A stretch of DNA of 64,000 bases from an uncultured Verrucomicrobiae bacterium (GCA_963772365.1 CAVYXA010000001.1:672001-736000), one strand, 5' to 3'. Shown: positions 21,489 to 35,151, counted from the stretch's first letter. Notes: generated by a model not told the origin, from the sequence alone. Made by a program: numbers and translations.

Positions 21489-21950
21489 TCAGGCGATCTC
21501 GCGCAAAAGGCCATCGATCGTCGCATCGAAGACCGCCAAATGGAAAGGCTTCATGATTACTGTCGCGTCCACCCGCTTAAAGAAAAACTCGATGGCCGGA
21601 TTGTTCCGATGGCCGGTAAAGAAAATGAAACGCTGGGCACTGGCCGGCCGCACCCGCGTAACCGCCCAGTAAAACATTTCGCCTCCCATCCGCGGCATCA
21701 TCATGTCGCAAATTATGATATCGAACGGGGTCTTCGTGATCTCGCGCAGGCCTTCAACGCCGCTGGGAACCGAGATCACCTCAAAACCACGGGAAGCGAG
21801 ATGCTCCCGCAGAACCTCTCGGAAATCATCGCGGTCTTCCAGGAGCAAAACCCTCCGGAGTGGCCCGGCGCCTTCCGGGGAAAGGTCAATATCGATCGTG
21901 ACAACCTTCTCGGGATTACCGTAGAAAGTTGTTGGTCGTCGTCGAGGCAT
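21489..21950 (-). CDS. Stand-alone response regulator receiver
   Basis: LLLEDR, FDIIICDMMMP and MKPF motifs. Confidence 0.88.
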   Translation of the reverse strand: MPRRRPTTFYGNPEKVVTIDIDLSPEGAGPLRRVLLLEDRDDFREVLREHLASRGFEVISVPSGVEGLREITKTPFDIIICDMMMPRMGGEMFYWAVTRVRPASAQRFIFFTGHRNNPAIEFFFKRVDATVIMKPFHLAVFDATIDGLLREIA

Positions 21951-22027
21951 AGCCGCAAGGCGATGAGCAGAAGTAGTGCCCTAAACCATCAATCATGCCG
22001 CTCTTGCAGCATCGGTTGAACTCCTTA

Positions 22028-22573
22028 ATGAGCAGCGTCGTTTTTCTCCGAGGCGTGAATGTCGGCGGCGCGAATCTCTGCAAACCTGCTCAGCTCGCCA
22101 GGCAATTGGCGAAGTTCGACATCGTCAACATCGGCGCGGTCGGCACGTTCATCGTTCGCGAGAATGTGAGCGAGTCGGCGTTGCGCGCCACTTTCGCGCG
22201 TCAACTCGCGAAAGATTTCGGAATTCGATGCGAGATCATGATCGTTCCCGCTAAATCGGTTGTCGATCTTGTCAGAAAAGATCCATTCCCGGGGCAATCT
22301 TCTGACGCGGAAATAACCCGCTTCGTGAGCGTATTACGAAAACCGGCGAATCCGTCACTTGCCACTCGCCATTCCTCACTCTGTTTACCATCAGAAAAAG
22401 ATTGGCTGTTGAAAGTTATCGCGATCCAAAACCAATTCGTGATCGGCATTTATCGCCGGCAAATGAAAGCAATCAGTTATCTTGGCAGGATCGAGAAACT
22501 TCTCGGCGTGCCCGCCTCGACACGTTCCTGGAACACAATTCAAAAAGTCGTGCAGATCCTGGAGGGCGATTAG
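22028..22573 (+). CDS. DUF1697 family protein
   Basis: VFLRGVNVGG and TRSWNT motifs. Confidence 0.85.
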   Translation: MSSVVFLRGVNVGGANLCKPAQLARQLAKFDIVNIGAVGTFIVRENVSESALRATFARQLAKDFGIRCEIMIVPAKSVVDLVRKDPFPGQSSDAEITRFVSVLRKPANPSLATRHSSLCLPSEKDWLLKVIAIQNQFVIGIYRRQMKAISYLGRIEKLLGVPASTRSWNTIQKVVQILEGD

Positions 22574-22642
22574 GGACCGCACCGTGCCTTGAATGAACTA
22601 GGATTGCCGTTGCTTCACGTAACGGATTCATCCTTCATCCTT

Positions 22643-24022
22643 TCACTGCCCTTCCCAGGAAAGTCCTTCGGTCATCATTTTCACTTCACTGCCGCCGCTC
22701 GAAGGCTTAACAAAAATCGTCAGGCTCGCGTCGCCACGTTTTCTTCGCAGGATGGAAGATTGCGGCTGCACCATGTCCGCGCCCTGCTTCGCCCAGCCTT
22801 GGGCAGCCAGGTTCGCTGCCAACTCTGCGCAGGTTTTCCGTACGTCCGTTGTGCTTTTGAAATTTATCTGCTCCACAAGCGACTGATAGTTCACCTCGGT
22901 AGCATCTTTGGTTAACGCAAGGTCCTGAGCCTTTAGTCCGCCAGCAGCCGGTGTCGTTCCCGACTCGTCGTGGTCTTCGCCCAAACCGGCGATAGCGGGT
23001 ATCTCTTCGTCGGACTCGCTCGTCGGCTGCTTCTCCGCTTGCTCTGCATTGTTAGACTTCGCGGATTGCAACTCCTTTGGTATTTCTCCCAGGGGCGCGA
23101 CGAACTTCAACTGCACTTCCCATTTCTCGCCAAACGTTTCGACCGGCCCGTTCGTAGTGAGTTCGCCTTCGACTTTTCCATTCTCGTAATTGAAGCCGCT
23201 CGTCTGAATGGATCCGATGGAGCTGAAGTTCTTTTTCTCCAGAGCGCTGTGCACGACTTCGCAGCCATAGATGTCGCCGTCCTCGTGCAGAGAAATGATT
23301 AACGCGCTCCCAAATTTTCCGAACGAAGCGTTAAAGTCCGGCTTTGCATCTTTCGAATGATCCTTTTCCGTGAACACGAGCACGATCCCGGGCTTGTCAT
23401 CAAACGGTTCACCCCAACGCGCCGACACATACCCCAGTTTGGCGTTCTTGCCATTCCCCTTGAACATGCCGGTGACGGTCGGTTTCACGTTCGCCGCCGG
23501 ACCGTACTTTTTCCCCAATGAAGCGGCCAGTTCTTCGCCCGGTTTGATCGGGGCGACATTGAATCGGACGTCGAAGCCTTTCGGAATCATTCCGCTGGAA
23601 TCAATCGCAGCGCTGGCCTTGCCCATAAAGTATCCATCTTGGAGTTTGAATTTCCCCGTTCCCTCGCCACTCCCGCCAATGGACGTATTGCCGCCGGCCG
23701 CGCTCCAATATTTCAACTCTCCGGTTTTCTTGAATACCAATTTGAGGAATGGCTTGGGGAACTGACTGAATCCGCCGTCTTTTTCCGCGTCCAACGCCTT
23801 CTTCAACTGCGCGCCTGAGACTGGCTGTGCGGTCAACACGATCGCGACGTCTCCTTCGTCATCGGTGGCCGACTCGTAAGCGATCGCGTTTTTCAGCGTG
23901 AAGGTTTTCTTGCTCAGCATCAGCGTTCCCTCTCCCATTCTAGCCGGCCCTTCCTGCGCGAAAATCACCGCCGCATTCAGCGCAGTGATCGCACTCAGCA
24001 AACAAATGAATTTTTTGATCAT
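22643..24022 (-). CDS. Exported hypothetical protein with an internally repeated domain
   Basis: Signal peptide; two similar beta-rich segments ending FDVRFNV and WEVQLKFV. Confidence 0.7.
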   Translation of the reverse strand: MIKKFICLLSAITALNAAVIFAQEGPARMGEGTLMLSKKTFTLKNAIAYESATDDEGDVAIVLTAQPVSGAQLKKALDAEKDGGFSQFPKPFLKLVFKKTGELKYWSAAGGNTSIGGSGEGTGKFKLQDGYFMGKASAAIDSSGMIPKGFDVRFNVAPIKPGEELAASLGKKYGPAANVKPTVTGMFKGNGKNAKLGYVSARWGEPFDDKPGIVLVFTEKDHSKDAKPDFNASFGKFGSALIISLHEDGDIYGCEVVHSALEKKNFSSIGSIQTSGFNYENGKVEGELTTNGPVETFGEKWEVQLKFVAPLGEIPKELQSAKSNNAEQAEKQPTSESDEEIPAIAGLGEDHDESGTTPAAGGLKAQDLALTKDATEVNYQSLVEQINFKSTTDVRKTCAELAANLAAQGWAKQGADMVQPQSSILRRKRGDASLTIFVKPSSGGSEVKMMTEGLSWEGQ

Positions 24023-24253
24023 AAAAAGTTCCCTCTATCTGTGTTGAGACCGGCTTCAATACCGAATCTCAGCAAAGATGTCCAAGCCGTTATCCAGGAG
24101 CGTCGTCGATCTCCGTTCGCACATTTTGTCGGCTCGCGCGAATGTCCTCGTCCATACCCAACTCGGAAAGTGCGATTCCCTTTAGTTGCGACTCCCGTCG
24201 TTTCGCTTCGCGTACTTACTGCTCGCGTCCTGTTCGTCTGTTATCATTCGACC

Positions 24254-24703
24254 ATGATGTTCAAAGCTATTGCCCTTCTGCTCACCTTAACATCGACAAT
24301 CACCTTCGCGGGCGAGCTCTCCCCCAAAGAAGTTGTCGCGCAACTTTATAAGGCATACGGCACCGAACAGAGTTCGGACGGGGAGACACGGTTGTTTACC
24401 CGCTACTTCGATGACCAGCTCCTGAAGCTTTACTTGAAAGACAAACGAGAAGCGAAGGGCGAAGTCGGCCGTCTCGACGCCGATCCGCTTTACAACGCGC
24501 AGGAGGTCCAGATCACCGACTTCTCCATCTCGGAACCGAAAGTGTCTGGCAAAGAAGCGGTCGTGACTGTTCGCTTCAAGAATCTCGGCAAATCCGAGCG
24601 CGTCGAACACGTGCTACATCGAACCGTCCACGGCTGGAAGATTAGCGATATTTGCTACGACAACGGCTACTCCCTGAAGAAAATCCTCCAGGCTCCGCTC
24701 TGA
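24254..24703 (+). CDS. DUF3828-like exported protein
   Basis: SPKEVVAQLY, LDADPLYNAQE and GWKISDI motifs. Confidence 0.75.
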   Translation: MMFKAIALLLTLTSTITFAGELSPKEVVAQLYKAYGTEQSSDGETRLFTRYFDDQLLKLYLKDKREAKGEVGRLDADPLYNAQEVQITDFSISEPKVSGKEAVVTVRFKNLGKSERVEHVLHRTVHGWKISDICYDNGYSLKKILQAPL

Positions 24704-24788
24704 GCTTCGAAGATCGACAACTGCTTTTTGCACACCGCGGTCTGGCCGATCCCGGATTAGGCGGACCGCAACTCGTAGCCCTAACGAG

Positions 24789-25873
24789 TCAATCTTCGAG
24801 CGACTTCCAGGCAACGCGGCCTTTCCCGTCCGGCTCGATCGTAACCGCGATCCCATAAGAGCGTGCGAACCCCTTGATCTCGTGGAAAGTCTTGCCCGCA
24901 ATCTCTATCGGCACCTGTTTCTGTAATAGTTATGCTGCTTCAGGAAAAGGACGTTCGGCTTCCTCCATTCGACCGGTTCCGTGTAGAAATGGCCGGGGAT
25001 CGCCTCCTCAGTCTGCTTATCGGGGTTGGGCGCGCCCAGCTCAAGGTCGACCTTGCGAAAGCCATTCTCGAAATGCTGGTAAACTGCGGTCTGCCTGCGC
25101 AGCGGAGCGGGGCGCGGTGTGCTGAAGAGGTTGCCTTTATGTTCGGTCAAGTCACTGGAAAGACAGGCCACCCGCTGGGAGTCCGCCGACCAAAGCGCCT
25201 CACCTTCCCGGTCCGTTCCTGTGCCGATATCATCTGCAGTAAGATCGCAGATGACTCGCCCGCTCTGTTTCTCGATCAGCTCCGCCCGCACCACCTTTGA
25301 GCCCGGAAGTGGCAGGTCATCGCTAAAAACCTTGCGGACAGCATACGACCCGTTGGGCGAGACCCAGTCGATCATTTCGCGGCGAAAAAGTCGTTGAGCT
25401 GTTTGCGGAAAATATCGGCGAAGATACGCAGCGTCGGACGACAGATCCGTCCGACTTACGATTTCGCTGCGCACCATCATTTGAAACGGCATCGGCTGCG
25501 CGTCGAGAAAGCTGGCGAACTTATTATCTCCCAAGAGGTGATAGACCATACTCGGAACGCCAGCGATGCTCTCCGCCGCCGCGCCATCTGCGTCGTGAGC
25601 GAGCTGGAAAAATTGTCTTAACGCTTTCGCGTCGCCGCGAGCCGCCCGTCGGGTATCGCGCCCGTAACGAAATCCACGCGCCCGGGCAAACTCCTCGATC
25701 TCGGATGGTCCCGCCGGGTCGGGCTCATCGTTCGGCAGATCTTTGAAAGTAAATTGGCGACGGCCGTCCGTATCATCACCTTCACCCTTCGTCCCGCTCA
25801 GTGCCGGCGCGAGTGGCAACAGGCAAAGAATTATAACGAGCAGTCGCTGCGATTTGGCTCTAACTGCTTTCAA
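24789..25873 (-). CDS. Exported hypothetical protein with a probable frameshift near 24910
   Basis: 322 aa ORF with a signal peptide; a coding-like continuation in another frame runs to a stop at 24789. Confidence 0.55.
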
Positions 25874-27138
25874 TTCTCAAGTCTTTCATTTGCCACATCC
25901 CACGATCGCGTTTTGCCGTTGCGCAAGTTAAGCGTCACAAGGTGTTCGCTTGAGCCGGTCACGCCTTTTTCGGTTTCCTGCACGATACCGTAGAGCAATA
26001 GATAGTCGGTAGTTTCGAAGCGGTTCAGCAGATCATGAAAGGGCAGCGTCGCTGTCCATTGAGCTTTCAAGTTTTCATCGAGCCGGGTCAGCGCAAGCCG
26101 ACCTTCTTCTCCGAGCCGAGTACGACGCAAAACAAGGAAGCCTCCAGGCTCCTGCAAGCGCAAAGGCTGTTTCGTCCCCTGGCGAACCAACAATCCTGCC
26201 TCGAGAAATTCCGGCGCACCAGAAATCCGAGTGACATCGAAAAGCCGATCGTGCATTCCTTCGGTAAATTCTTTCGTCTTCCCGATGCGCGCACTCCAGA
26301 ACGTGCGACGCGCCTGACTCGTTTCGTAATAGACACGGTCCGGATTCGACCCGGGCTCGCCCGTGGCGATTTTATCGCCGAACTCATCGTCCCCCGCGTC
26401 GGCTGCCTCCTTCTCGTTAAAGAAACCAATCCAGTGGGCATTCAACATCATTTGCCGGACGAGAAAATCCCTGGTGTGATAACCGCCGTTCCAGCGCGTC
26501 GCCATGAATTGGACGTTGCGAAAATAGTCATCGTTAGGCGGGGTATAAGGCTCTGCCAGGTAATCCGAGCTTCGAATCTTGAAACGCCGCGCGTCCGCCG
26601 CGATCACGACCAGACCGTTGTCGTAAGCATAGAAATCGAGCTCCTTGGGAACAAGATCGCGCAGGCTCGGATTGCGTTCCTCGATCGTGCCCCGATCAGC
26701 CAGTTTGCTGCCGTCTTTGCTCGAGACCGCGACCGGGCCATCGTTTAAAAACAACCAGACGACGTCGCCTTCCTGTCCGAAAATTCGCGACTGCGCGGTG
26801 TGTCCGCCGGCGTCATCCTTCACCGTTAGCAACCGTTTTTTCCAAAGCCGTTCCGTCGTCACCGGATCATGGGCTTGCAAATCAAAATGATAATAAATCT
26901 CAGTCACCCATTTTCCGATCATGCGACTGCCACCGAGATGCCGGCTTCGTTGCTCCTCCTGCTTCAACATCAGCCAAAGACGCGATCCGCCGTCCTGTTG
27001 CACTAACGCCGGCGGACCTTCGCGTTCCGGTGGACGGAAGTCACTGTGATTGCACGACGAACCAGCACTCGCGACTGCCAGAATGCCGAGTCCGAAAAAG
27101 ACGCGCGTTTTTTTCTCCCTCCCGCTCCTCATCCGCAC
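25870..27138 (-). CDS. Lipoprotein-like hypothetical protein (possibly PA2928-like)
   Basis: 422 aa ORF; lipobox-like SSC; family assignment tentative. Confidence 0.6.
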   Translation of the reverse strand: MRMRSGREKKTRVFFGLGILAVASAGSSCNHSDFRPPEREGPPALVQQDGGSRLWLMLKQEEQRSRHLGGSRMIGKWVTEIYYHFDLQAHDPVTTERLWKKRLLTVKDDAGGHTAQSRIFGQEGDVVWLFLNDGPVAVSSKDGSKLADRGTIEERNPSLRDLVPKELDFYAYDNGLVVIAADARRFKIRSSDYLAEPYTPPNDDYFRNVQFMATRWNGGYHTRDFLVRQMMLNAHWIGFFNEKEAADAGDDEFGDKIATGEPGSNPDRVYYETSQARRTFWSARIGKTKEFTEGMHDRLFDVTRISGAPEFLEAGLLVRQGTKQPLRLQEPGGFLVLRRTRLGEEGRLALTRLDENLKAQWTATLPFHDLLNRFETTDYLLLYGIVQETEKGVTGSSEHLVTLNLRNGKTRSWDVANERLEN

Positions 27139-27391
27139 AGTCTGATGATCCGCTGCCGGAGGTCAATCCTCGAATCAAAAATGGGGACGTCACTTTAGAA
27201 ATTTTTCGCTGGGTTGGCGTTGTTTGATAACTCGCAGGATTCCCGGAGGCCACGACATTATAGCTGACTACTTTTCGATTTTGACGTTTCTTCCCGTAAT
27301 AAAGCCGGCAGACACGCTGGCGAAGTCACCGATCCTGCAATCATGTTCGACTTGTGCGCCTGTTGCAAAAAATCGAGCGGAGAGACTAAAA

Positions 27392-27616
27392 TCATTCCTT
27401 TAGAGTTCTTGCCCAAGTTTTGATTTCTTCACCCACACGCGCGATCGGAACGCCTTTGCCGGCATCATGCTCAGCGGCGGCTTTGTCAAGGCACCCGAGC
27501 AAAACGTCATCCGCTGACGCTTTCACCTTGCGCGAGAGTTGAATCAGTTCGCCGACCTCGCGAATCTTTTTCTCGAAGGATTGATCCGCGAGCCGAGCCC
27601 ACATTTCACGTTTCAT
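27392..27616 (-). CDS. Small antitoxin-like hypothetical protein
   Basis: 74 aa; coupled to the upstream gene; C-terminal AAEHDAGKGVP helix. Confidence 0.45.
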   Translation of the reverse strand: MKREMWARLADQSFEKKIREVGELIQLSRKVKASADDVLLGCLDKAAAEHDAGKGVPIARVGEEIKTWARTLKE

Positions 27617-27921
27617 CGCGAGTTACCGTTTCGCTTCGGGGGAAATTCACGGATGAATGACCAAGAAACTTCCGCGATTTCTCCGGTGTCATATTCGATC
27701 TTGAAGTGGGTTCGAAACTTCCTTGGGACGCTGACTCGTTTCGGGACCGCTACTCCCGAGATCTTGTTCGCTTTTTTGATCGTGCCGTGCGGTTCCAGAA
27801 AGGAAAGTCCGTCATCAAACTCGACGTCGAACGCGTCTTCCCAATCCAAATACCTCGCGTGTTTCAGGGGCGAATACTTCGCCTTCCCAAACGGTTTCTT
27901 TGCGGTGACAACGGTTTTCAC
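27613..27921 (-). CDS. DUF2442-like putative antitoxin
   Basis: ARYL....FDVEFDDG pattern; start overlaps the stop of the upstream DUF4160-like gene. Confidence 0.55.
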   Translation of the reverse strand: MKTVVTAKKPFGKAKYSPLKHARYLDWEDAFDVEFDDGLSFLEPHGTIKKANKISGVAVPKRVSVPRKFRTHFKIEYDTGEIAEVSWSFIREFPPKRNGNSR

Positions 27922-28117
27922 AATCGGCCTTCGTTCTTCAGTTCTTCGATTACTTTAATCAATTTTTGGCTTGGTTTCCACCCTTCGATTCCGCGCATTC
28001 GTTCAAGGTCGAGTCGGCCGAGAAAGCGATCTTTCGCATCATAGACGTGGACATGCCTCGGCCCGTGATCGCCGATAAACCATTCGATCCGATACCCGCG
28101 ACCAGAAGATCGCGCAT
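27918..28117 (-). pseudogene. DUF4160-like putative toxin, frameshifted just after its start
   Basis: GYRIEWFIGDHGPRHVHVYD...KLIKVIEELKNEGRL* is out of frame with the ATG at 28117. Confidence 0.65.
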
Positions 28118-28577
28118 CCCGTCAGGCTTGAGATCTAATAGATTCCTCGCGCGTTTTCCCAAACCGCGTCGCCGACTTCTCTAGGTCGATTCACAAAGCT
28201 TCACGACCTCCCGCCGTAAAGTTCGCTCCCTGCGAACCGCCTAACCGTTCGGAACCACCAGCAGCTAGCCCGGTGCGATGACCGGATCCGGTGGCATGAA
28301 CACGACAACGTAGTCGTCCTGAAATATGATCGCGACGCCTTTCGTTTCACCGCGCACCACCTGCGCGATTCCATTTTGCGGATCGTATTTGCCCCTCGAG
28401 TCCGGTATCAGTCCCGGAAGGGGGGAACGGTTTTCGGGAGAAAACTTTACGATGGGAGATCGCAACCGCAGGTTGTCGATCTAGGGAAATCGGCGACGCG
28501 CTTTGGGAAGGCGTGCACTCGCAGGAATTTGCCCGATGAGCGACCTGGTTTGCAAACAAAGGAGCGTACCTCGCTCC

Positions 28578-28623
28578 CATGGTAAATCACACCCTCGAAC
28601 TCTACCCGGACTTTCCTCGCCAT
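28578..28623 (-). mobile_element. N-terminal remnant of a Y1 HUH (RAYT/IS200-like) transposase
   Basis: MARKVRVEFEGVIYH, then similarity is lost; lies 30 bp from the GGGGTCAGTCC repeat. Confidence 0.75.
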
Positions 28624-28653
28624 TGCCGTCCTCATTGAGCCTTCGAAAACGGG

Positions 28654-28678
28654 AATGCAAGAAAAAAGGACTGACCCC
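28654..28678 (+). repeat. 25-bp inverted repeat, left copy: AATGCAAGAAAAAAGGACTGACCCC
   Basis: Exact reverse complement of 36366-36390. Confidence 0.95.
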
Positions 28679-28685
28679 CATTTTC

Positions 28686-29776
<1,091 letters not shown>

Positions 29777-29915
29777 GTTTGGCAGTGGGCCTGACTGTTA
29801 GACCGTTCGAGCGCCCGGCGCTCGGGCAGCCTGAGCGCCTCTTGCGCGGAGAAGATCGACGCGCCAATCGAGTGAACACGTTGCGGAAAATTCGAAGAGG
29901 GCAGAGGTTCACAAG

Positions 29916-32900
29916 ATGCCGCAACCGCCCGCGATAAAAAGTACCTCAGGGGAAGGTTTCTCCGTCGAGGATTTGGCTGTCGCTTACATCGCTGCGCACA
30001 TGCTGGCGGGCGTACCCTGGGTTGGTTCAGGTCGGGGCAGCGTCGAAGAAATTCAATGCCAGGCGATGCAGGATGGATGGTTCTTTGACGATGTTGTCCT
30101 ACGCCTGCGCCACGCTGATAGGACATGGAATTGTGGCTGCTCGATCAAGAGTTTCACCGTCTTTGGAAAGCGCGGTGCGCCAAAGGAATTTACGGGATCA
30201 ATTTGGAAGGAATGGCGCAATACGTCATCCATTGGATTTCAACGTGAGAACGATTCACTGACCCTTTTTGCGGCGCAGCACAGTCCGGAAATACGGGAAA
30301 CGTGGATCGGCCTTTGCGATTCGGCTCGCGCTTTACCGGCGGAAACTCTGGCGGATCGGATTGTGCGCGAAGCCGAACCATCCAAAATGCGGCGCGACGC
30401 ATTCGCGAGTTTGCAGCATGAAGGTGATCGCAAACTCAAAGATGACGCGCCCGAGATCGCGAAAATATTGGCGAAGTTTCGACTGGCGGAGCACGACTTT
30501 CAGCACAGCGAATCGCAAAGTGTGAATCAGGCGATTCTGCTTTGCCAGCAGGTGTTAGCGGACGCGGCTCGCAATCAAGCGGCTTCACTTTGGGAAGCGC
30601 TCGTTACCTACTGCGCGAGCGTGAGGCGAAAAGGTGGGCATGTCACGTTGGCTTCCTTGCTGAAAGAGTTGGCGCACCGCTTTCCTCTAAAACAACATCC
30701 GCGCTACGCGGCGGATTGGAGCAAAATTCTAAGCGAAAGCCGCCAGCGATTGGCGGCGCTCCCGGCAAAAATCGGAGGGCAAGTTTCCGTTGAGCGCAAG
30801 GATGTGCTCGACGTCATCGCGGACAAAGCTGGCGAGCAATCAACTGTTGTTCTGCTCGGCGGATCGGGAAACGGCAAGAGTGTCTTGGCTCACGATTGGG
30901 CCGGAACCGAAGACACGGCTTGGTTCCGCGCAGCCGATCTCGGAACGCCGGGTGGCCTGCGTGCACTTTTCAGTCTGGAGCATTCTGTGCCGGATCTCTT
31001 GGCCAACGTGAGCCGACCGTCTCGCCTTGTCCTGGACGGCCTGGACAAATGTTTTGAAGAAGCAGCCTTCGATGAAGCGGCCTTGCTCTTGCGCGCCGCG
31101 TTCTCCGCGGAAAATCGAGATCGTTGGCAAACGGCGATCACGTGTTGTCCCGAAGATTGGGAACGGGTGCGCGGGCAACTGATTCGCCGCAGTGTCGTGC
31201 TGCCTAACGACTCGGTGCCCATCGGTCGCTTTAGCGAGGCGGAGTTGCGCAGCGTATGTGAACAGGTGCCTTCTTTGCGCGTGCTCGCGCACCGGTCGCA
31301 CCTTGATGCAATTCTGCGTTGGCCCAAAGCGCTGGACATTCTCGCGACCTTCTCGCAAACCTCGGAAGTTTCCTTTGGCTGGATAACGGAGTCTGATTTT
31401 GCGCGGTGGTTTTGGCGCAGCGCGATTTGCCATGATGAAGTTGGAAGCGTGCGTGATCGGTTGATGAGGAAGGTTGGAGTCGATTTAGCCGATCGGATGG
31501 CTGCAAGCGCGCCGCTCGATAATTTCTCACCCGACGAGACTGCAGTACTCTCGCAAATCGCGCACGACGGACATGTCGAAATCGACCCGATTCGGCGCAC
31601 GGTTCGCTTCACTCACGAATTGATCGGTGATTGGGCGCGCCAGCGAGAACTGCAGGTTCAGGGTCAAGCGGACGGAGAATTTCTTCGAGCGCGGATGCAT
31701 TCACCGTTGTGGCATCGTGCGACTCGTTTTCACGGGCTCGATCTCTTGGAAAGTAACACCGACGCGGAACCCTGGCTGCGGCTTTTCCTCGTCTTCGAAA
31801 GCAATTCGCCCAGCGATGAAATGGCGCGAAATCTTCTTCTGGAAGCGCCAATTTTCGCGCTCAATCAACGAGCGGTCTTGGAGCGACTCTGGCCGCCCCT
31901 AGAGGCAGACAACGGGAAATTACTCAGCCGTTTTTTGCGCCAGTTTTTGCGTATCGCCACCATTCCGGACGAAGAAATGGTGGCGCGTTTCCATTCGCGT
32001 GGACCGGACTTACAACTTGAAGTGGCGGCGCTTTACCGGCTGCCTTGGGTTCCGTATTGGCGAGGAGTGGTTAAGTTTCTCGGAGCGCATTCCGAGAAGG
32101 TCATAGAGCTTGCGCCGGAAGAAATCGCCGACGTTTGTCTTCTTTGGTTGTCGCTTCACGGGTTGCTTACTTCGGGAATGAAAGAGGCGGCGCAGCTCGC
32201 GGTTGATAGCGCGCGCCGTCTGTACCGCAGTGGAGAACGCTGGCACGGCAGTCATCGCCGCCACCGCGATGTCTCTCCCGAAGAGAAGATCTGCCAGGCT
32301 TTGCTCGCGGCCGCGCCCGAGATGCCGACTGAGGTGGGCGAACTTGCGCTCAAACTCAGTGGACGACGACATCCTGATGAAGAAGACAACTTGCCGAAGG
32401 ATGACGAAAGGCCGCGGTCGAGATCACTCACGCATTCTTACGGAGCGCTGAAGCCATGGCCGGAAGGCCCGCAATGTCGCGGTGCGGAAGTTTTCCGCAA
32501 AGCGTTTCTGAGTGGCAATCACGCTACTCCGTTTATTCGCACTCTTCCTGAAGTCGCCGCCGAAGTGATGTTCGCGGTCTTGCTCAGTCTGCCGCGTGAG
32601 GGTTGGGATCCCCGTGACCGAATGAGTGGCGATTTGGATGAGCATGGTTTTCAAGGCGGCGATTTTCGTTTTCAATCGCCACTCTGGATCAGCGGCCCGT
32701 TTTTGCATTTCCTTCGCATCAATCCGGCCGTCGCGCTGCCCGCAATCATTCGGTTGGTGAACTTTGCCACCGACCGCGCCTATGAATTGGGCGAGGACTA
32801 TCGCCAGCACGTGGAAGTTCCGGTCACGATCGGCGGGCAAACGCATTTGTGGCGCGGTCATCAGTTTTCCTACCTTTGGCCACAGGGGCACGTCTTCGGT

Positions 32901-35134
32901 CCCGACGCGATCGGATGCGCGCTGCTCTCGCTCGAAAAGTGGTTCTATTTATTGCAGGATGAAAAGCAGCCGATCGAGGAACATATCGCGACCATCTTGC
33001 GCGACAGTCGCTCTATCGCTCTGGCAGCGGTATTAATTTCTGTCGGCAAACGACAGCCCGATCTTTTCCTCGGCCCGCTTCGCCCGATGTTGGCGGCGAT
33101 CGACTTTTATCTGGATCGAGGAATATTTGCACAATCGAGCGGAAGGCGGCTATCGGACTTCATCCTTTTGCGAGCGATCCGAAGCGATTGTCGAGGTCTG
33201 GCGCGAATGGGTTCACATGCCGCACCGCAAAGAAGCATTCGGCAGTCTCGCCTTGCGCAAATTTCTCAGCGATCCGAAATGGCGCGAAGCCATCGCCGAG
33301 CTAAGGCAAGATCTGGCAGACGAGAATTGAAGCGGCGACGCCGGAGAATCCTGCGCCCGCTTGGCTGCCACGAATCGCGTCGCAGTTCGATTTACAGAAT
33401 TGGCACACCGAGCAGCGCGAGAACGATGTGCTGATTGCCTACGATCCACCGTCGAGTTTGCCTCGACCGACGCCGGAGGAAATGGAGCGCTTCAATCGGC
33501 TGCAGCTCCTAACCTTACTGCCGTTTCAATGCCGTCAGGTCTTGATGGGCGAAGCGGAATGTTCCGAGAAGCAGATGATGGAATGGTGGTCGCAACTGGA
33601 ATACTGTGCGCTCGCTTTCTCCTGATGAAGACGAGCGCGGCTTCCGCGATGTTGAGGATGCGCTTTGCGGAATAGTCGCCGTTGCCGTGGTAAAACATCG
33701 CCAGTGGCTTGCCGCTGATCCAGCGCGCGAGAAAGAGGCGTTGTCGATCTTGGCAGCGGTCGGTCGGCAGCCGCCAAAGCCATTCTGGTATGTGGAGGAC
33801 GACACCACTGATTTCAAATGGGACAGCTTCGCGGCCTGGGCGTTGACAACTTTGTGGTGCGAGCAACCCGATGATCCAATGTGCTTCAGGCGGTCGGTGC
33901 GCTGGTGTTATGGGATCGGAATCTCGTTGTCTCGCGAGTGATGGCCATCGCTGCCAAACATCGTGAAAGAGCTCGGCTGCACATTTTGACCGGCTCTGGC
34001 GCACACCATTCGTTATGCGCCCGCGCGACATCGAGCGCGGATGGAGCGCCATCTTCCCGAGAAAACATTTGATCGCGATGCATGGGTAAGCGCGCATCTG
34101 GAGAAATTTGTTTCAGGAAAAACAGAGCCACTTCCCAAAACTGGACGGAGTTGCTTGAGCTCGAAGCGAGTCGACGCCGAAGATCCGCGCGTCGACCGCG
34201 GCTCAGATATCGGACATATGTGCGCCGCCTTAGATTGGGCGGAGGATCTTTCCGACGCTCGCGATGCGGGAGAGCGTCAGCGATGGTTGAATTACCATCG
34301 GCAAATTCTTCTCTGCACGTTGACACGCATCGAGGAACTCATCCGATCACAGGCGCCGCCAGAACCATCTTATGATGTTCAACAATATTGGCCCTATGAT
34401 GACGAGCGACGAATGTTAGAGCGAGTTGCGCGCTCGTTGCCCGTCTGGCTCCGGGTGAAGACCATAAGGCATTGTGGGAGCCCATCCTTGCTTTGGGTTG
34501 TCCAGGTGGACGATGGGTCGACGCTTTTATCGGCCATTGGTTGATTTATGCCGCTGGAGACGAAGAACCGAGTCCATCATTTCCGGAGCAATGGCTTGCC
34601 ATGCTCACCTACGCGGAAAGTTCGCCGACGTGGAAGCTGCGAAGTCGCAGCCCTTCCGCATCACGCGATCTCTGGCACGAGCTGCTTGGTTTTTCGGTTT
34701 ACTCCAGCGACTTCTGGAACGAAAAGCTCGCCCCTGCCGTTGAAGCTGCGCGCGAATTCCATGAACGATGGGCTCGCGCGCACGTCAGCGACGATGACGA
34801 CGCACGTTCTTTCATCCAATTCCTGATGACGCCGGCCGGGCGGCGTTTGCGCGTCGATGGCTTGCATTTACTGCACGAAAAAGTTCCGATCGATAACCAA
34901 TATTTTTGGAACGAAGACAGCATCCGAGACGCCTTCGCCAGATTTTTGCGGCTCCTACAGCAAGAGCATTGGAACGAGATTGCGCACAATCACAGCGCAA
35001 GAGATGCGTTCATGGCTTTCGCCCTAAAGCTCGGCGCATTACAGCATCCGCTCGGCAGCGAAGTACTCGACGCTCGCCGGAAGCCGTCTCGGGCAGGAAG
35101 CGAACGCATAACACATTGTTTCGACCGCCGGTAG
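29916..35134 (+). pseudogene. Large nuclease-STAND NTPase (Avs-like), multiply frameshifted in its 3' half
   Basis: N-terminal GEGFSVE..Q...GW..DD...SIK PD-(D/E)xK-like motif; Walker A GGSGNGKS; Walker B LVLDGLD; Trp-rich helical C-terminus continues across several frames. Confidence 0.75.
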
Positions 35135-35151
35135 ATAATCGACTGACTACC

